DNA from: Thermoleophilia bacterium
GTDB lineage: Bacteria > Actinomycetota > Thermoleophilia > RBG-16-64-13
Reading direction: 5' to 3'
Length of the DNA: 64,000 nucleotides
Assembly: GCA_027493445.1 (NCBI GenBank)
Contig: JAOSKU010000001.1
Span: forward strand, 3,609,845 to 3,673,844
Part shown: piece after piece, positions 32,014 to 42,463 of the stretch
Numbering within the stretch: the stretch's first letter is position 1
Layout: every line of letters starts with the position of its first letter
Position numbers and translations under genes: made by a program
The notes under the pieces: generated by a model
What the model was told of the DNA's origin: nothing
What the model saw: only the letters and a program-made list of their open reading frames with translations
Database searches by the model: none

Positions 32014-32435
32014 TAGCGACCGAGCAACTTCCAGAGGCCCCGGTGCAGTACGTGGAAGCTGGTCGCCGGAGCGTTGTACATGACGGCGCAGCTACCGGTG
32101 AGCACCTGGGCGCCGCGGGAGTGGGCCAGCTCCAGGGCCTCGGGGGTGTCGGTCATCTGGTGGATCCAGATGCGGGTGATCCCTCGATCGAGCACGGCCC
32201 GCACGGCCTCGATGGTACGCTCCTTGGCTACCTCGATGATGGCGGCCTGGGTCTCCTCGGGCACTTCGTCGAGGGAGCTCAGAAAGCCGGGCCGGCCGCC
32301 GGCCAGGTCTACGGCGTGCACGGTTTTCCCCCGGTCTTGCAGATAGCCGCGGGTGAGAGCGGGGAACTTGCGACTGCTCGTGTCGCCCACGAGCGCGAAG
32401 CTGCTGGCGCTGAAGAAATCAGACTTGGCCGACAT
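32010..32435 (-). CDS. CoA-binding domain protein (YccU-like)
   Basis: 141 aa: MSAKSDFFSASSFALVGDTSSRKFPALTRGYLQDRGKTVHAVDLAGG... Minus-strand ATG at 32435 follows AAGGAGG. The rest of ORF 32010..33563 is antisense to cfa and was discarded. Confidence 0.7.
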   Translation of the reverse strand: MSAKSDFFSASSFALVGDTSSRKFPALTRGYLQDRGKTVHAVDLAGGRPGFLSSLDEVPEETQAAIIEVAKERTIEAVRAVLDRGITRIWIHQMTDTPEALELAHSRGAQVLTGSCAVMYNAPATSFHVLHRGLWKLLGRY

Positions 32436-32630
32436 CCGTCCTCCTTGGGATGGGGGGCTCGCATACCGACATTGTGCAGCATGAGCGCCCGCATTGCACC
32501 CGGCATTCGGAGGGGCTCCGGCCCGGCCGGCGGTCTTGTCCGGCTGCCCGGTCGAGTGGCGGGGAAGGTCTTTCCTGCGATATCCTCGCACGGTCAATGT
32601 CCGCGATCCTGGCCCCAGGAGGGGGAAGCG

Positions 32631-33821
32631 ATGATCGATACGGTCGACGCCATCTTCCGGCAGCTGAACCGCGACATCCCCGAGGTGTCGTTCCGTCTCC
32701 GCCTGTGGGATGGGAGCGAGCGCAGCTACGGGCAGGCCGACGAGAGTTTCGTGCTCACCGTAGGTAGTGAGGATGCGCTGGCCGACATCTTGACCCGCGG
32801 CTCCCTGGGCTTCGGTGAGGCTTACATGGACGGTCGCGTGGACGTGGAGGGCGACCTCCAGGCAGTGGTGCGCTTCGCCTTCCACCCGGCCGTGCGCGAG
32901 CTGCATCTGCGCCCGCGGGACAAGGCCAAGATCCTGGCCATGTACGCCCGCCACCGCAACAGCATGAAGAAGGCTCGGGAGAATATCCAGCACCACTACG
33001 ACCTGGGCAACGACTTCTACCGCCTCTGGCTCGACGAGAGCATGACCTATTCCTGCGCCTACTGGGACCAGGGCTGCCAGAGCCTGGAGGAGGCCCAGCG
33101 CGCCAAGTACGAGCACATCTGCAGAAAGCTCCAACTGCGGGCGGGGGAGCGCTTGGTGGACATTGGCTGCGGCTGGGGTGGGATGCTGGGCTACGCGGCC
33201 ACCAATCATGGCATCGAGGGGATCGGCTACACCCTCTCCGAGGAGCAGCACGCCTACGCCAACGAGCGTTTCCGGGAGGACGGTCTCTACCCCAAGGTCC
33301 GGGTCGAGCTGCGTGACTACCGGGAAGCCACAGGCGCTTTCGACAAGTTCGTCTCGATCGGCATGTTCGAGCACGTGGGCAAGGAGTTTTACGGCCAGTT
33401 TTTCGCCAAGGTCGACGAGCTCCTGGTGCCGGGGGGCCTGGGTGTGCTCCACACCATCGGCAAGGATCGGGAGAGCGAGACCGATCCTTGGATCGCCCGG
33501 TACATCTTTCCCGGTGGGTTTCTGCCCACGCTGGCGCAGATCGCGCACCATGTGGGTCTCCAAGGGTTAGGCATGATGGATGTGGAGAATCTACGGCCTC
33601 ATTACGCCCGCACCTTAGACGCCTGGGCCGAGCGCTTCGAGGCCCACCTCGACGAGGTGGCCTCCCGCTTCGACGAACGCTTCATACGTATGTGGCGCTT
33701 CTATCTCAACGCCTGCTCGGCGGGCTTCAAGTGGGGCGATATCCGGGTGTTCCAGGCGACCTTCAGCAAGGGCATCCGCGCCGACCTACCTCTGACGCGG
33801 GCCCACCTGTACGTGGAGTAA
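32631..33821 (+). CDS. cfa: Cyclopropane-fatty-acyl-phospholipid synthase family SAM-dependent methyltransferase
   Basis: SAM motif VDIGCGWGGMLGYAA, FVSIGMFEHVG and a CFA-synthase-like C-terminus. ATG at 32631 follows AGGAGGGGGAAG. Confidence 0.9.
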   Translation: MIDTVDAIFRQLNRDIPEVSFRLRLWDGSERSYGQADESFVLTVGSEDALADILTRGSLGFGEAYMDGRVDVEGDLQAVVRFAFHPAVRELHLRPRDKAKILAMYARHRNSMKKARENIQHHYDLGNDFYRLWLDESMTYSCAYWDQGCQSLEEAQRAKYEHICRKLQLRAGERLVDIGCGWGGMLGYAATNHGIEGIGYTLSEEQHAYANERFREDGLYPKVRVELRDYREATGAFDKFVSIGMFEHVGKEFYGQFFAKVDELLVPGGLGVLHTIGKDRESETDPWIARYIFPGGFLPTLAQIAHHVGLQGLGMMDVENLRPHYARTLDAWAERFEAHLDEVASRFDERFIRMWRFYLNACSAGFKWGDIRVFQATFSKGIRADLPLTRAHLYVE

Positions 33822-34243
33822 GTCCCGGTCGGCCTGCCTGAGCAGGCTGTCGGGAAATGACGCTTCGCCGCCGGAGTGCGCTGGGTACGCGCCAGGCTAG
33901 GACGCAGGGAGCGCTCGTAGCAGCGCTACGGGCGCGACTGAGGACAACGCATGGCGCCGCCCAGTGCGGTCCGGCGGCCGAGGTTTCGTTTTCCGACAGC
34001 CTCTGAGTCCCGGCGCTCTGGGCCGGCGGAACGGAGCGCGCCCGCGGCCCGCCATGGAGCTGTGGCCGGCTTCGCTGGTGGGCAATGCGTCCCGCTCAGC
34101 GACGCGCGACCTCGTCAAACATTCGATTCCTCTCATGTGAGAAGCAATCTCATGCCGGTCGTGTACGGTGATGTCGACCACCCATCGCGCCCAGAAGGCG
34201 AAGCGTGATTCTGAGGCCTACGACCCTCGGAGGAGGAGACATC

Positions 34244-34735
34244 ATGGGGCTTTGGTGGAGTCCAGCCGGCCGTGGGAGAGGGAGTGCGGTCGCGGGACCG
34301 GCGGCGACCGTGGTGGACGTGGAGACGGCCGTCTCGGCGGACATCGCGGCCGGGATCCGGGGGGCGCAGCTCGACGAGTACGCCGACATCCTGGTCTCGT
34401 TGCGGCTGCGTCGAGTCGACCGGGGTCCCGGCGCCTTCCTTCAGGTCGCTCCGGAGGAGAGCAGCGACGAAGAGATCTACCGCACCAGCGCCGAGTTCTG
34501 TCTGACCGATCTGCCCGAGACAGTGGCGGCGATGGCCGTCTTGCCCGATGTTCCCTGGCCCGCCAAGTGGGCGGAGCTTAGCTACCGCGAAGCCTTGCTC
34601 CAGATCATGCACACCGCCCGGCTGCTCCTGGCCGACTTCAACCCCAACACCGTCGCGTGCTACCGGCACGCGTGGCAGCAGGAGGCCCATATGTGGGAGA
34701 CCTGGCTCCAGGAGTTCGCGGAGTCCTTTCAGTAG
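34244..34735 (+). CDS. Hypothetical protein
   Basis: Acidic, coding-like ORF (SAEFCLTDLPETVAAMAVLPDVPWPAKWAELSYREALLQIMHTARLLLADF) with no recognisable motif. The start may be 34205 or 34244. Confidence 0.35.
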   Translation: MGLWWSPAGRGRGSAVAGPAATVVDVETAVSADIAAGIRGAQLDEYADILVSLRLRRVDRGPGAFLQVAPEESSDEEIYRTSAEFCLTDLPETVAAMAVLPDVPWPAKWAELSYREALLQIMHTARLLLADFNPNTVACYRHAWQQEAHMWETWLQEFAESFQ

Positions 34736-34908
34736 GCGCGATCCGCCCACGCGGAGAAACTGCCGTCCACGCCAACACCCGCGTGATCACGCTGGCGCGT
34801 GATCCCCGAGGTCGCACCTGCACACCAGTTGGGGTATCGTGAGGACCGGCAGCCTGGCGGCTCGGACGCGAGGCCGCGAGCACTGGGTTACTCGGGACCA
34901 GGGGGATC

Positions 34909-36274
34909 ATGGAGCGGGACCGCGGCGGGGCATTCGAATCGGCACCGAGCACCCTGTCCACTCTTCCTTTCCACTGGGGCTGGGCCGTCCTCGTGATGGG
35001 TGCCCTCGTGACCTTCGGTTCGCTCGGCCTGGGTCGGTTCGGCTACACGATGGTGCTGCCTTCGATGCAGAAGGGCTTGGAGCTTGACAACGCCCAGGCC
35101 GGTGCGCTGGCCACCACCGGCCTGGTGGGGTACATGGTGCTGGCGGTCGGAGGGGGCCTGCTGGCGTCGCGCTACGGACCGCGCATCGTGATCTCGGTGG
35201 GCCTGCTGGCCACTGGCGCCGGCATGCTCCTGACCGCCGCCGCCGGAGGATTCCTCTCCGCCGCGGTCTTTCAGCTTGTCACCGGCATGGGCACGGGCGC
35301 CAGCAACGTGCCGGTGATGGGTCTGCTGGCGGCCTGGTTCTCGGCCAGGAGGCGGGGCCTGGCTTCTGGTATCGCTGTATCCGGGATATCGGTTGGCCTC
35401 ATCGTCGTGGGTGCGTTGGCGCCGCGCATCGTCGCCGCCTACGACCCTGATGGCTGGCGGGCCGCCTGGCTTGTGCTGGGGGCCATGTCGACGGCGCTGG
35501 CCGTGCTGAGCTTCCTGCTGCTGCGAAACCGCCCGGCCGACATCGGGCTGGAGCCCTTGGGCTCAGTGAAACGGTTGGAGCCTGTGGGCTCGGTGAAACC
35601 AGGGATGCCGGACCCGGGTGGGGAGGCGTCCGCTCAAGTTCGAACGAGGGGCGCCGCCTCGGCCGTCGCCAAGCCGGGGGGCCGGCTCGCGTGGGGCGCG
35701 GTGTACCGTGCGCCCGCCGTGTGGCACCTGGGTTTGGTGTATGTGGCCTTCGGGTTCAGCTACGTCATCTACACCACCTTCTTCACGAAGCACCTCATCT
35801 CCGAGGGCGGGTATACCCAGGCCCAGGCCGGCACCCTTTTCATGGTCATGGGCTGGGCCAGCCTCGCCTGCGGAGTGATCTGGGGCTCCATCTCCGGACA
35901 GGATCGGGCGAAAGCGGGCCCTGGCCGCTGTCTACGCCCTTCACGCCGTCAGCTTCGCTCTGTTCGGGCTCTGGATCGCGCCGCTGGGCTTCACGATCTC
36001 GGCCGTTCTCTTCGGCCTCACCGCCTGGAGCATCCCGGCCATCATGGCGGCCACGTGCGGCGATGTGCTCGGGCCGCGGCTGGCGCCGGCGGCCCTGGGC
36101 TTCATCACCCTGTTCTTCGCCGTGGGCCAGACCGTGGGACCGTCACTGGCGGGAGCCATTGCCGACGCCGCCGGCAGCTTCAACCCGGCCTTCCTGCTGG
36201 CCGCCGCGGCGGCCGCCCTGGGGGCGGCGGGGTCGCTGATGATCCCGGCCGCGTCGACGGCCGGGAGGCATTAG
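34909..36274 (+). CDS. MFS transporter (MFS_4 / YbfB-YjiJ-like), interrupted by an apparent 1-nt insertion near 35897
   Basis: 12-TM-like profile (GRFGYTMVLPSM, GLVGY). Downstream of WGSIS the reading frame continues in ORF 36044..36274 as DRIGRKRALAAVYALHAVSF... Confidence 0.7.
35548..35601 (+). repeat. Imperfect 27-nt tandem duplication inside the MFS gene
   Basis: ctggagcccttgggctcagtgaaacgg / ttggagcctgtgggctcggtgaaacca encode LEPLGSVKR-LEPVGSVKP in the central cytoplasmic loop. Confidence 0.6.
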
Positions 36275-36526
36275 GAGCACCCACCGGTCCCTCGCCTGCT
36301 CGGCTCGCGGGAGCCCGGTCGACGGTCTGAGCGCCCCCGGCACGGGCATCGAGGCGGGTTGAGTTGGCCGCCGCGGCGTGAGAAGCTCTCAGAGGCAGTT
36401 TGCGGCCGGGGCGGAGCATGTTCGGCCGGAACTTGGGCGGGTCGCCGGGCGATAAGGTGGCCGCCGCGTTTGTTGGTGCAGACCGTCGGGCTTCGACGGT
36501 GGAGGGGAGGATCCTTGGAGGAACGG

Positions 36527-37327
36527 GTGACGCTCGAAAGCGCGCTGGCCGAGATGGAGATGCGGACCCAGGCGGCCGGGGCTTCGGCGAAGAAGCTGTC
36601 TAAGGCCATCCTCAGCGCCCGCCGGGCCAGCACCGGGGGCGATATTGCGGCCATGAAGAAGGCTCTGGCCGACGCCCGGGACATGCTGCGCGTGGTGGAG
36701 GTCGAATTCGCGGACGCCGTGACCGCCTGGCCGTTCGATGAGGAGCAGGAGCAGGACTACTTCGAGTCGGGGCACTTCACCCGGGAACTTCTGGCAGCCG
36801 CGGGCGAGATCGAGCTCGCCATCTCGGAGGAGGACGGACGGCTGATGTGCTACCCCTCCGTGATACGGGTGGATCCGGGCCGCCGTTTGGTGACCGTCGA
36901 CAAGAAGCCCCACCGCGCGGTGCGACCCTCGGTGCTGGCCGCCCACCTGCGCGCCCAGCAGACGAAGACCGTCAGATTCAAGGCCGGCCCTTTCTTGGAA
37001 GCGCTCTACGCCGCGTGGAAGTACGCGCGTCACGCCGACGGGAAAGGCAAGGGTCCGCTGCGGGATGTCCCCGTTGACCGCATCTACGCGGTGCTGACGG
37101 TGGCTCCCGGCAGCGGAAAGGAGTACTCACGCCAGGAGTTCGGCCGGGATCTGTTCCTGCTCGAGAGCAGCGGGGAACGGCGCACGAGGAAGGAGGCTGA
37201 GATTCACTTCTCGCGCTCCACCGGTACCAAGGGCGGCCGGGGCGTCATCACCATCGTGCGCGAAGACGGCAAGCGTGTTCTGTACTCGTCGATCTCCTTC
37301 CAGGAGGCGGCGGCGAATGGTTCCTGA
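36527..37327 (+). CDS. Hypothetical protein A of the SNF2-associated cassette
   Basis: GTG at 36527 is preceded by GGAGG. The protein is about 266 aa, with a coiled-coil-like N-terminus and a basic C-terminus. Its 3' end overlaps the next gene by 11 nt. Confidence 0.5.
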   Translation: MTLESALAEMEMRTQAAGASAKKLSKAILSARRASTGGDIAAMKKALADARDMLRVVEVEFADAVTAWPFDEEQEQDYFESGHFTRELLAAAGEIELAISEEDGRLMCYPSVIRVDPGRRLVTVDKKPHRAVRPSVLAAHLRAQQTKTVRFKAGPFLEALYAAWKYARHADGKGKGPLRDVPVDRIYAVLTVAPGSGKEYSRQEFGRDLFLLESSGERRTRKEAEIHFSRSTGTKGGRGVITIVREDGKRVLYSSISFQEAAANGS

Positions 37328-38288
37328 GATCGGCGTCGAGGAGTATGCCGCCTTTCTGAGCGCGGAGTACCTGGAATCGTTCGTCGGATCCGGAGGTTCC
37401 GCTGTCAAGGTCGCCGTGGTTCCCGACCCACGCCACGCAGGCGCCCTTAACGACGACGTGATGCGGCGGGCGGGGCTCCGGAGCTACACGGCCGTCGCGG
37501 TGGATTCAGCCTGCACGCGCGTCCACCTGATCCAGCAGATCTTCTTCGCCGTGGCCGCCGAGCTCGATTGGGCGGCCTACGCCCGCAAGGTGGTCGACAC
37601 GATGCTGGTGCGGATCTATGGGGAAGACGTTCGGGGCGCCGGGACCCTCGAACAAGTGGCTCGCCTGACCGAGCTCGACGAGACTCTTGTCCGCACCGAA
37701 GTCGGCAAGGCGCTTTCGAACGACGTCCTCCGGAACTACGCGCTGGCGAAGGACTTCCGCATCGCCATGATGCATCTCTGCCTGGCGGAGCTCGAACCCG
37801 AGGCGTACACCGAGGAAGGCCGGCTCGCCGTGCTCGAGTGGCTGCGGGGAGAGCTTCGGCTGATCTCGGCGCTCAAGGAGATGTCGATCTTCCAGCGGAT
37901 AGCCCGGCACAACGCCCGGTCGATACTCGCCTCGACGGCGCGTTGGGTGCACCAAGCGGGCTCCCCCGGCCTGTGTCTCGTGATCAACGCGGGCCGCCTG
38001 GCGGTGAGCCGGCGGGGCGACGTCGCCGACGAGGGCCTGTACTACACCCCCGCCGCCGTGATGGATGCCTACGAGGTGCTCCGGCAGTTCATCGACGCCA
38101 CCGATGAGATGGAGCACGTGATGATCCTGGTGGTCGCGCCCGCCGAGCTCCTCGATGCTGAGAGCAAGCGGGGCTTCGCGGCCTACCCGGCCCTGCGCAA
38201 CCGCATCTGGGACGACGTGCGCGACCGGAACCGAGTCAACCCGTGCGCCCCCATGGTGCGGATCGCCGGCGACAGGGGAGGGGGCTGA
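37317..38288 (+). CDS. Hypothetical protein B of the SNF2-associated cassette
   Basis: About 323-aa alpha-helical protein starting MVPEIGVEEYAAFLSAEYLESFVGSGGSAVKVAVVPD. No assignable domain. Its stop overlaps the start of gene C (ATGA-type). Confidence 0.5.
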   Translation: MVPEIGVEEYAAFLSAEYLESFVGSGGSAVKVAVVPDPRHAGALNDDVMRRAGLRSYTAVAVDSACTRVHLIQQIFFAVAAELDWAAYARKVVDTMLVRIYGEDVRGAGTLEQVARLTELDETLVRTEVGKALSNDVLRNYALAKDFRIAMMHLCLAELEPEAYTEEGRLAVLEWLRGELRLISALKEMSIFQRIARHNARSILASTARWVHQAGSPGLCLVINAGRLAVSRRGDVADEGLYYTPAAVMDAYEVLRQFIDATDEMEHVMILVVAPAELLDAESKRGFAAYPALRNRIWDDVRDRNRVNPCAPMVRIAGDRGGG

Positions 38289-39538
38289 TGATCGATCAGA
38301 TCACTGCGCTGCACGCCCGGCGGGCCATCGAAGCGCTGCGGGCCGGCGTGCCGAACCGGGACGCGGTTCGGGCCCTGGGTTTCGCCGACGACCCCCTGGT
38401 GGAGGAGCTCGACCGGCGGCTCGACACGCTTGCCGCCGGTGCGCCGGACGGCGGCGGTCTGCTGCTGGCGGCGGAGTTCGGAGGAGGCAAGTCGCACGCG
38501 CTCGAGTACCTGCGCCATCGCGCGCTCGAGCGGAACATCGCCGTCAGCAAGGTGGTGGTCTCCAAGGAGACCCAGCTCTTCGATCCGCTGAAGCTCTTCC
38601 GCTCGGCGGTCGACAACCTCGCGGTCGATGACCGCACGGGCGCTGTGTTCGACGACATCGCCACGACCCGCCTCAACAGCGACCCCCACCGCGATCGCTT
38701 CGCGGAGCTTGGGGCTTGGCTGCAGACGAGCGGGCTGAACGCCTGTTTCGCGGCGTCGATGTGGCTGTTCGAGCACGCTCGGGCGAACGCCGAGCTGCAG
38801 AGTCGGCTGGTGGCTTTCTGGGGTGGAGGCGCGCTCAAGCTTACGGAGCTGAAGAAGGACCTGCGGCTGTGCGGTCGGGCCGGCTACTATCCCTTGGAGA
38901 AGATCCGGGCCCGCGATCTCGCCCGGGAGCGCTTCGTGTTCTTGGCCCGGCTGCTCCAGGCGGCCGGTTACGACGGCTGGCTGCTCCTGCTCGACGAGCT
39001 CGAGCTGGTCGGGCGCTACAGCGTGCTCCAAAGAGCCCGCTCCTACGGAGAGCTGGCGCGCCTGCTGGGCCTGGACGATCAGGGCCCCATCCCAGGGCTT
39101 TTCACCGTGGGCGCCATCACCCCCGACTTCGAGTCCGCCGTGCTTCTGGGCAAGGACGACTACAACCAGATCGGGTTCCGGATGCGGGCCCGCGGCGACG
39201 CCGAAAGCGAGCTCACAGCCGTCCTGGCTGAGAGGGTCATGGAGCGGATGCGCGGCGGCTTCCTCTCGATCCGCCGGCCCGAGCAGGGAACCCTCGAGGC
39301 GACCTTCGCCCGTCTGGCCGCCGTCTACCAGGCCGCCTACGACGTCCCACCTGAAAGGCCCCCGGTCATCTTCGACGGGACCTGGCAGATGAGGGAGTAC
39401 GTCCGCTCCTGGATCACGCGCTGGGACCTCCGGCGCTTCGCGCCTGACCACGAGGCTCATCCCGTCGTCTTTCCCATGCCTGTGGACTACACCGAGAACG
39501 TCGTGCTCGAGCGCCCGCCCGAGAACGGCGAGGACTGA
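38288..39538 (+). CDS. P-loop NTPase C of the SNF2-associated cassette (KAP/DUF2791-like ATPase)
   Basis: Walker A LLLAAEFGGGKSHALEYL. Walker B WLLLLDELELVGRY. About 416 aa. Confidence 0.6.
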   Translation: MIDQITALHARRAIEALRAGVPNRDAVRALGFADDPLVEELDRRLDTLAAGAPDGGGLLLAAEFGGGKSHALEYLRHRALERNIAVSKVVVSKETQLFDPLKLFRSAVDNLAVDDRTGAVFDDIATTRLNSDPHRDRFAELGAWLQTSGLNACFAASMWLFEHARANAELQSRLVAFWGGGALKLTELKKDLRLCGRAGYYPLEKIRARDLARERFVFLARLLQAAGYDGWLLLLDELELVGRYSVLQRARSYGELARLLGLDDQGPIPGLFTVGAITPDFESAVLLGKDDYNQIGFRMRARGDAESELTAVLAERVMERMRGGFLSIRRPEQGTLEATFARLAAVYQAAYDVPPERPPVIFDGTWQMREYVRSWITRWDLRRFAPDHEAHPVVFPMPVDYTENVVLERPPENGED

Positions 39539-39549
39539 CCGAGGATCCC

Positions 39550-40110
39550 ATGGCGATACCTTTCCGGCCGTCGGACTCCGTCGAGCTCGGTGAGGCCGCC
39601 TTCCTGCGGGTCATCCCCTTCGTCGATGGCGGCGGCTACGACGGCGCACTCTTTGTGATGGACGCCCGGGGCGAGCCGGTGGAGTTCTGCTTCTCGCGCA
39701 TCGAGACGCCCCGTACCGCGCTGTGGCGGCCCAGAGATCTCGCCCGGCGGGCTACGGTGGAGCTGACTCAATCGCTGCTGGAGGTCTGCTCCACCTCTCC
39801 CCTCCTGCTGCTCGCCCGGGCCGAAGAGGTGGGCCCGGATGTGCTCGGGCAGGAGCTCCTGGTGGAGATCCCGGTCTGCCGGGTGGCTTCGTCGCTCTCG
39901 CTGGCGGTGGTGTCTCCGGAGGAGCGGGAAGAGAAGGCGTCGGGGGAGGAGGCTCTGCACCTCTTCTGGTTCCCCGAACCCCCTCGGGATGGGGAGCCGG
40001 CCCGGCTGGTGATCGACCGGCTGGCGGCTTCGGGGCTCCTCACGGAGCCCTTCGAGCGGGCCGAGGCCGGGCTGCGGGAAGTGAGAAGCGAGGGGCCGGA
40101 GGAGCCATGA
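39550..40110 (+). CDS. Hypothetical protein D of the SNF2-associated cassette
   Basis: 186-aa ORF with coding-like composition. Its stop overlaps the start of the SNF2 gene (ATGA). Confidence 0.45.
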   Translation: MAIPFRPSDSVELGEAAFLRVIPFVDGGGYDGALFVMDARGEPVEFCFSRIETPRTALWRPRDLARRATVELTQSLLEVCSTSPLLLLARAEEVGPDVLGQELLVEIPVCRVASSLSLAVVSPEEREEKASGEEALHLFWFPEPPRDGEPARLVIDRLAASGLLTEPFERAEAGLREVRSEGPEEP

Positions 40111-42316
40111 GCCTCTTCGCCCGCGGCCCCGGCCCGGCTCGGACCCTGCGCGCGCGGGTGCCTCACCCCCGGGGATCGACGGCAGTGCGGCTCACGGTGC
40201 CTCGTCTGAACGAGAGGGCCGGGACCGCCAGGAGCTTCGCCCCCGTGGCGCATCCCGGGGACACGCTGCGAAGCTCGGCGGGAGCCCTCGCGCTCGGGCT
40301 CGCCACCCCACCGGCCACGTCGATCGGGCTGCGCGCGGGGCCAACGGCCGGGGTGGGACCGCTCACCGGGCGGGCGGCGCGTGCGGGGCACGCGGCGGAC
40401 GGTGAGGGCGTGGCCGGCGAAGCACCCGCCGGAGTCGGTGCAGGCCGGGGGAGCGTCCCCGAGGATCGGGCCTCGCTTCGGGAGCGGCTGCGCGCCGTTC
40501 TGGCGCCTCCGGTGGTCGCGCTCCTTCCTCGGGCCGGGTCCATCCTGCACTGGCCGGCCTCGCTTCACCCGTTTCAGCTCGACGGCGTGCGCGTGCTCCT
40601 CGCCAAGCCTGAGGTCCTCCTGGCCGACGACATGGGCCTGGGCAAGACCGTGCAGGCCATCGCCGCCTTGCGCATCTTGCTGCACCGGGGCGACGTCGAG
40701 ACGGCACTGGCGGTCGTGCCGGCCAGCCTCATCCACCAGTGGCGGCACGAGCTCACCCGCTGGGCCCCCGAGCTGCGCGTCAGCACGGTGGCCGGCTCCC
40801 GGGAGCAGCGCTTGTTTGCCTGGACTGTGGCGGCCCACGTCTTCCTCGTGACCTACGAGACCCTGCGCTCCGACTTCTCCCCCACCCAGGTTCGGGGCCC
40901 CGGCGCCGGACTTGGGGTATCGTGCTGCTCGACGAGGCGCAGAAGGTCAAGAATCGGGATGCCGACGTCAGCGCGGTGTGCAAGATGCTGCCGCGGACAC
41001 GTTCGTGGGCTCTGACGGGCACGCCCCTCGAGAACAGCGTCGACGACCTCGCGTCGATCCTGGAGTTTCTGCAGCCGAACCCTCGGGGTGAGCCCGCGCG
41101 CCCCCTCCGTTTCGATGCCTCGCTGGTCCAGCGACACGAGCAGGTGCAGCTGCGGCGCCGGAAGATGGACGTGCTGGAGGAGCTCCCCCCGAAGACCGTC
41201 AACCGTGTGCTCCTCGACCTGTTCGGCGAGCAGCGGCGCTCGTACGAACGGGCGGAAGAGGAAGGCGTGCTCGAGCTGCGCCGCCGGGGAGAGACCATTC
41301 AGCTGACCCATGTTTTGCAGCTCATCACTCGGCTCAAGCAGGTCTGCAACTTCTGCCCGGAGACCGGCGCCTCGGCCAAGCTGGCCGACCTGGCCGGCCG
41401 GCTCGAGGTGCTTGCCGCCGAGGGCCACAAGGTTCTGGTCTTCAGCCAGTACACCGACGAGATCTTCGGCGTCCGGGCGATCGCGCACGGCATCGGCGCC
41501 TTCAAGCCGCTCACCTACACGGGGGAGCTCACCCTGCAGGAGAGGAGCCGCCGGATCGACCGCTTCAAGAGCGACCCGCTGCACCGGGCTTTGGTGCTAT
41601 CGTTGCGCGCCGGAGGGCAGGGCCTCAACCTGCAGGAGGCTTCGTACGTGGTGCACTTCGACCGCTGGTGGAATCCGGCCACCGAGCGCCAGGCGGAGGA
41701 TCGCAGCCACCGCCTGGGCCAGACCGTGCCGGTGACTGTTTACACGTACACCTGCGCCGGGACCATCGAGGAGCGCATCGCGCAGCTTCTGGAGGAGAAG
41801 CAGAGGCTGTTCGACCTGGTGGTCGACGAGGTCAGCATGGACCTCGACCGCCTGCTGACAGCGGAGGACCTGTTCGGACTCTTCGGACTGCGGCCTCCTG
41901 GCCGCCCCCGCGGCCCGGAGGCCAAGGGCCGGCGCTCGTTCGCGGAGATGACCGGCCGGGAGTTCGAGGAGTACGTGGCCGATCTCTTCCGGGCCCTGGG
42001 GTTCTCCGTCGAGCTGACGCCGGCCACCCGCGACCGGGGAGTGGATGCCGTCGCGCGCCACGTGGACGTGGTGGGCATCGAGACCAGCCTGTACATCCAG
42101 TGCAAGAACCATGCTTCGCCGGTGGGGGTGGAGACGGTCCGGGCCCTCATCGGGGCGGTCCCGGCGGACGATCCCGGGGCGAGGGCGGTGCTGGTGAGCC
42201 CGTCGGGTTTCTCGGGCGAGGCGGCTCGGCTGGCCCGGGAGCGCGGCGTGCAAGTGGTCGACGAGAGGGGCCTTCGCGTACTGGCGGAGCAGGCGGCTCG
42301 CGGCTGCGGGCGGTGA
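40107..42316 (+). CDS. SNF2-family helicase fused to a C-terminal Mrr-like restriction-endonuclease domain, with an apparent 1-nt deletion in the C-run near 40898
   Basis: SNF2 N-terminus LDGVRVLLAKPEVLLADDMGLGKTVQA. DEAQ box WGIVLLDEAQKVKN (in ORF 40739..42316). Helicase-C motifs LVLSLRAGGQGLNLQEASYVVHFDRWWNPATERQAEDRSHRLGQ. C-terminal EFEEYVADLFRALGFSVELTPATRDRGVDAVA...IQCKNH (Mrr_cat-like). The first ~130 codons are low-complexity, so the start is uncertain. Confidence 0.8.
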
Positions 42317-42463
42317 GGTCGGTGAAAGGGGTTCTCGGGGCTCAGCCCTGGGCCACTGGCTTCCCGTGGGGACGGACGGGTGGTGCGGGATGCGAGCCGT
42401 AGCGGGATGGCGATTGCCCCGCCGGGAGAACCTGCCGCGACTCCTCGACTGACCACTGGGGGG

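Noticed and set aside
32436-33563. Upstream 376 codons of the 517-aa minus-strand ORF 32010..33563
   Set aside because: Only the 3' 426 nt (the CoA-binding protein, which has its own AAGGAGG-ATG) is credible. The remainder is antisense to cfa.
38183-39460. 425-aa minus-strand ORF
   Set aside because: It is antisense to the P-loop NTPase gene, which carries Walker A and B motifs.
40107-40500. Possible separate gene or intein in the low-complexity N-terminal 130 codons of the SNF2 ORF
   Set aside because: The composition (Gly/Ala/Arg/Pro repeats) is typical of a spurious 5' extension in high-GC DNA. The true start is more likely an internal GTG or ATG near 40480, and there is no evidence for a distinct domain.
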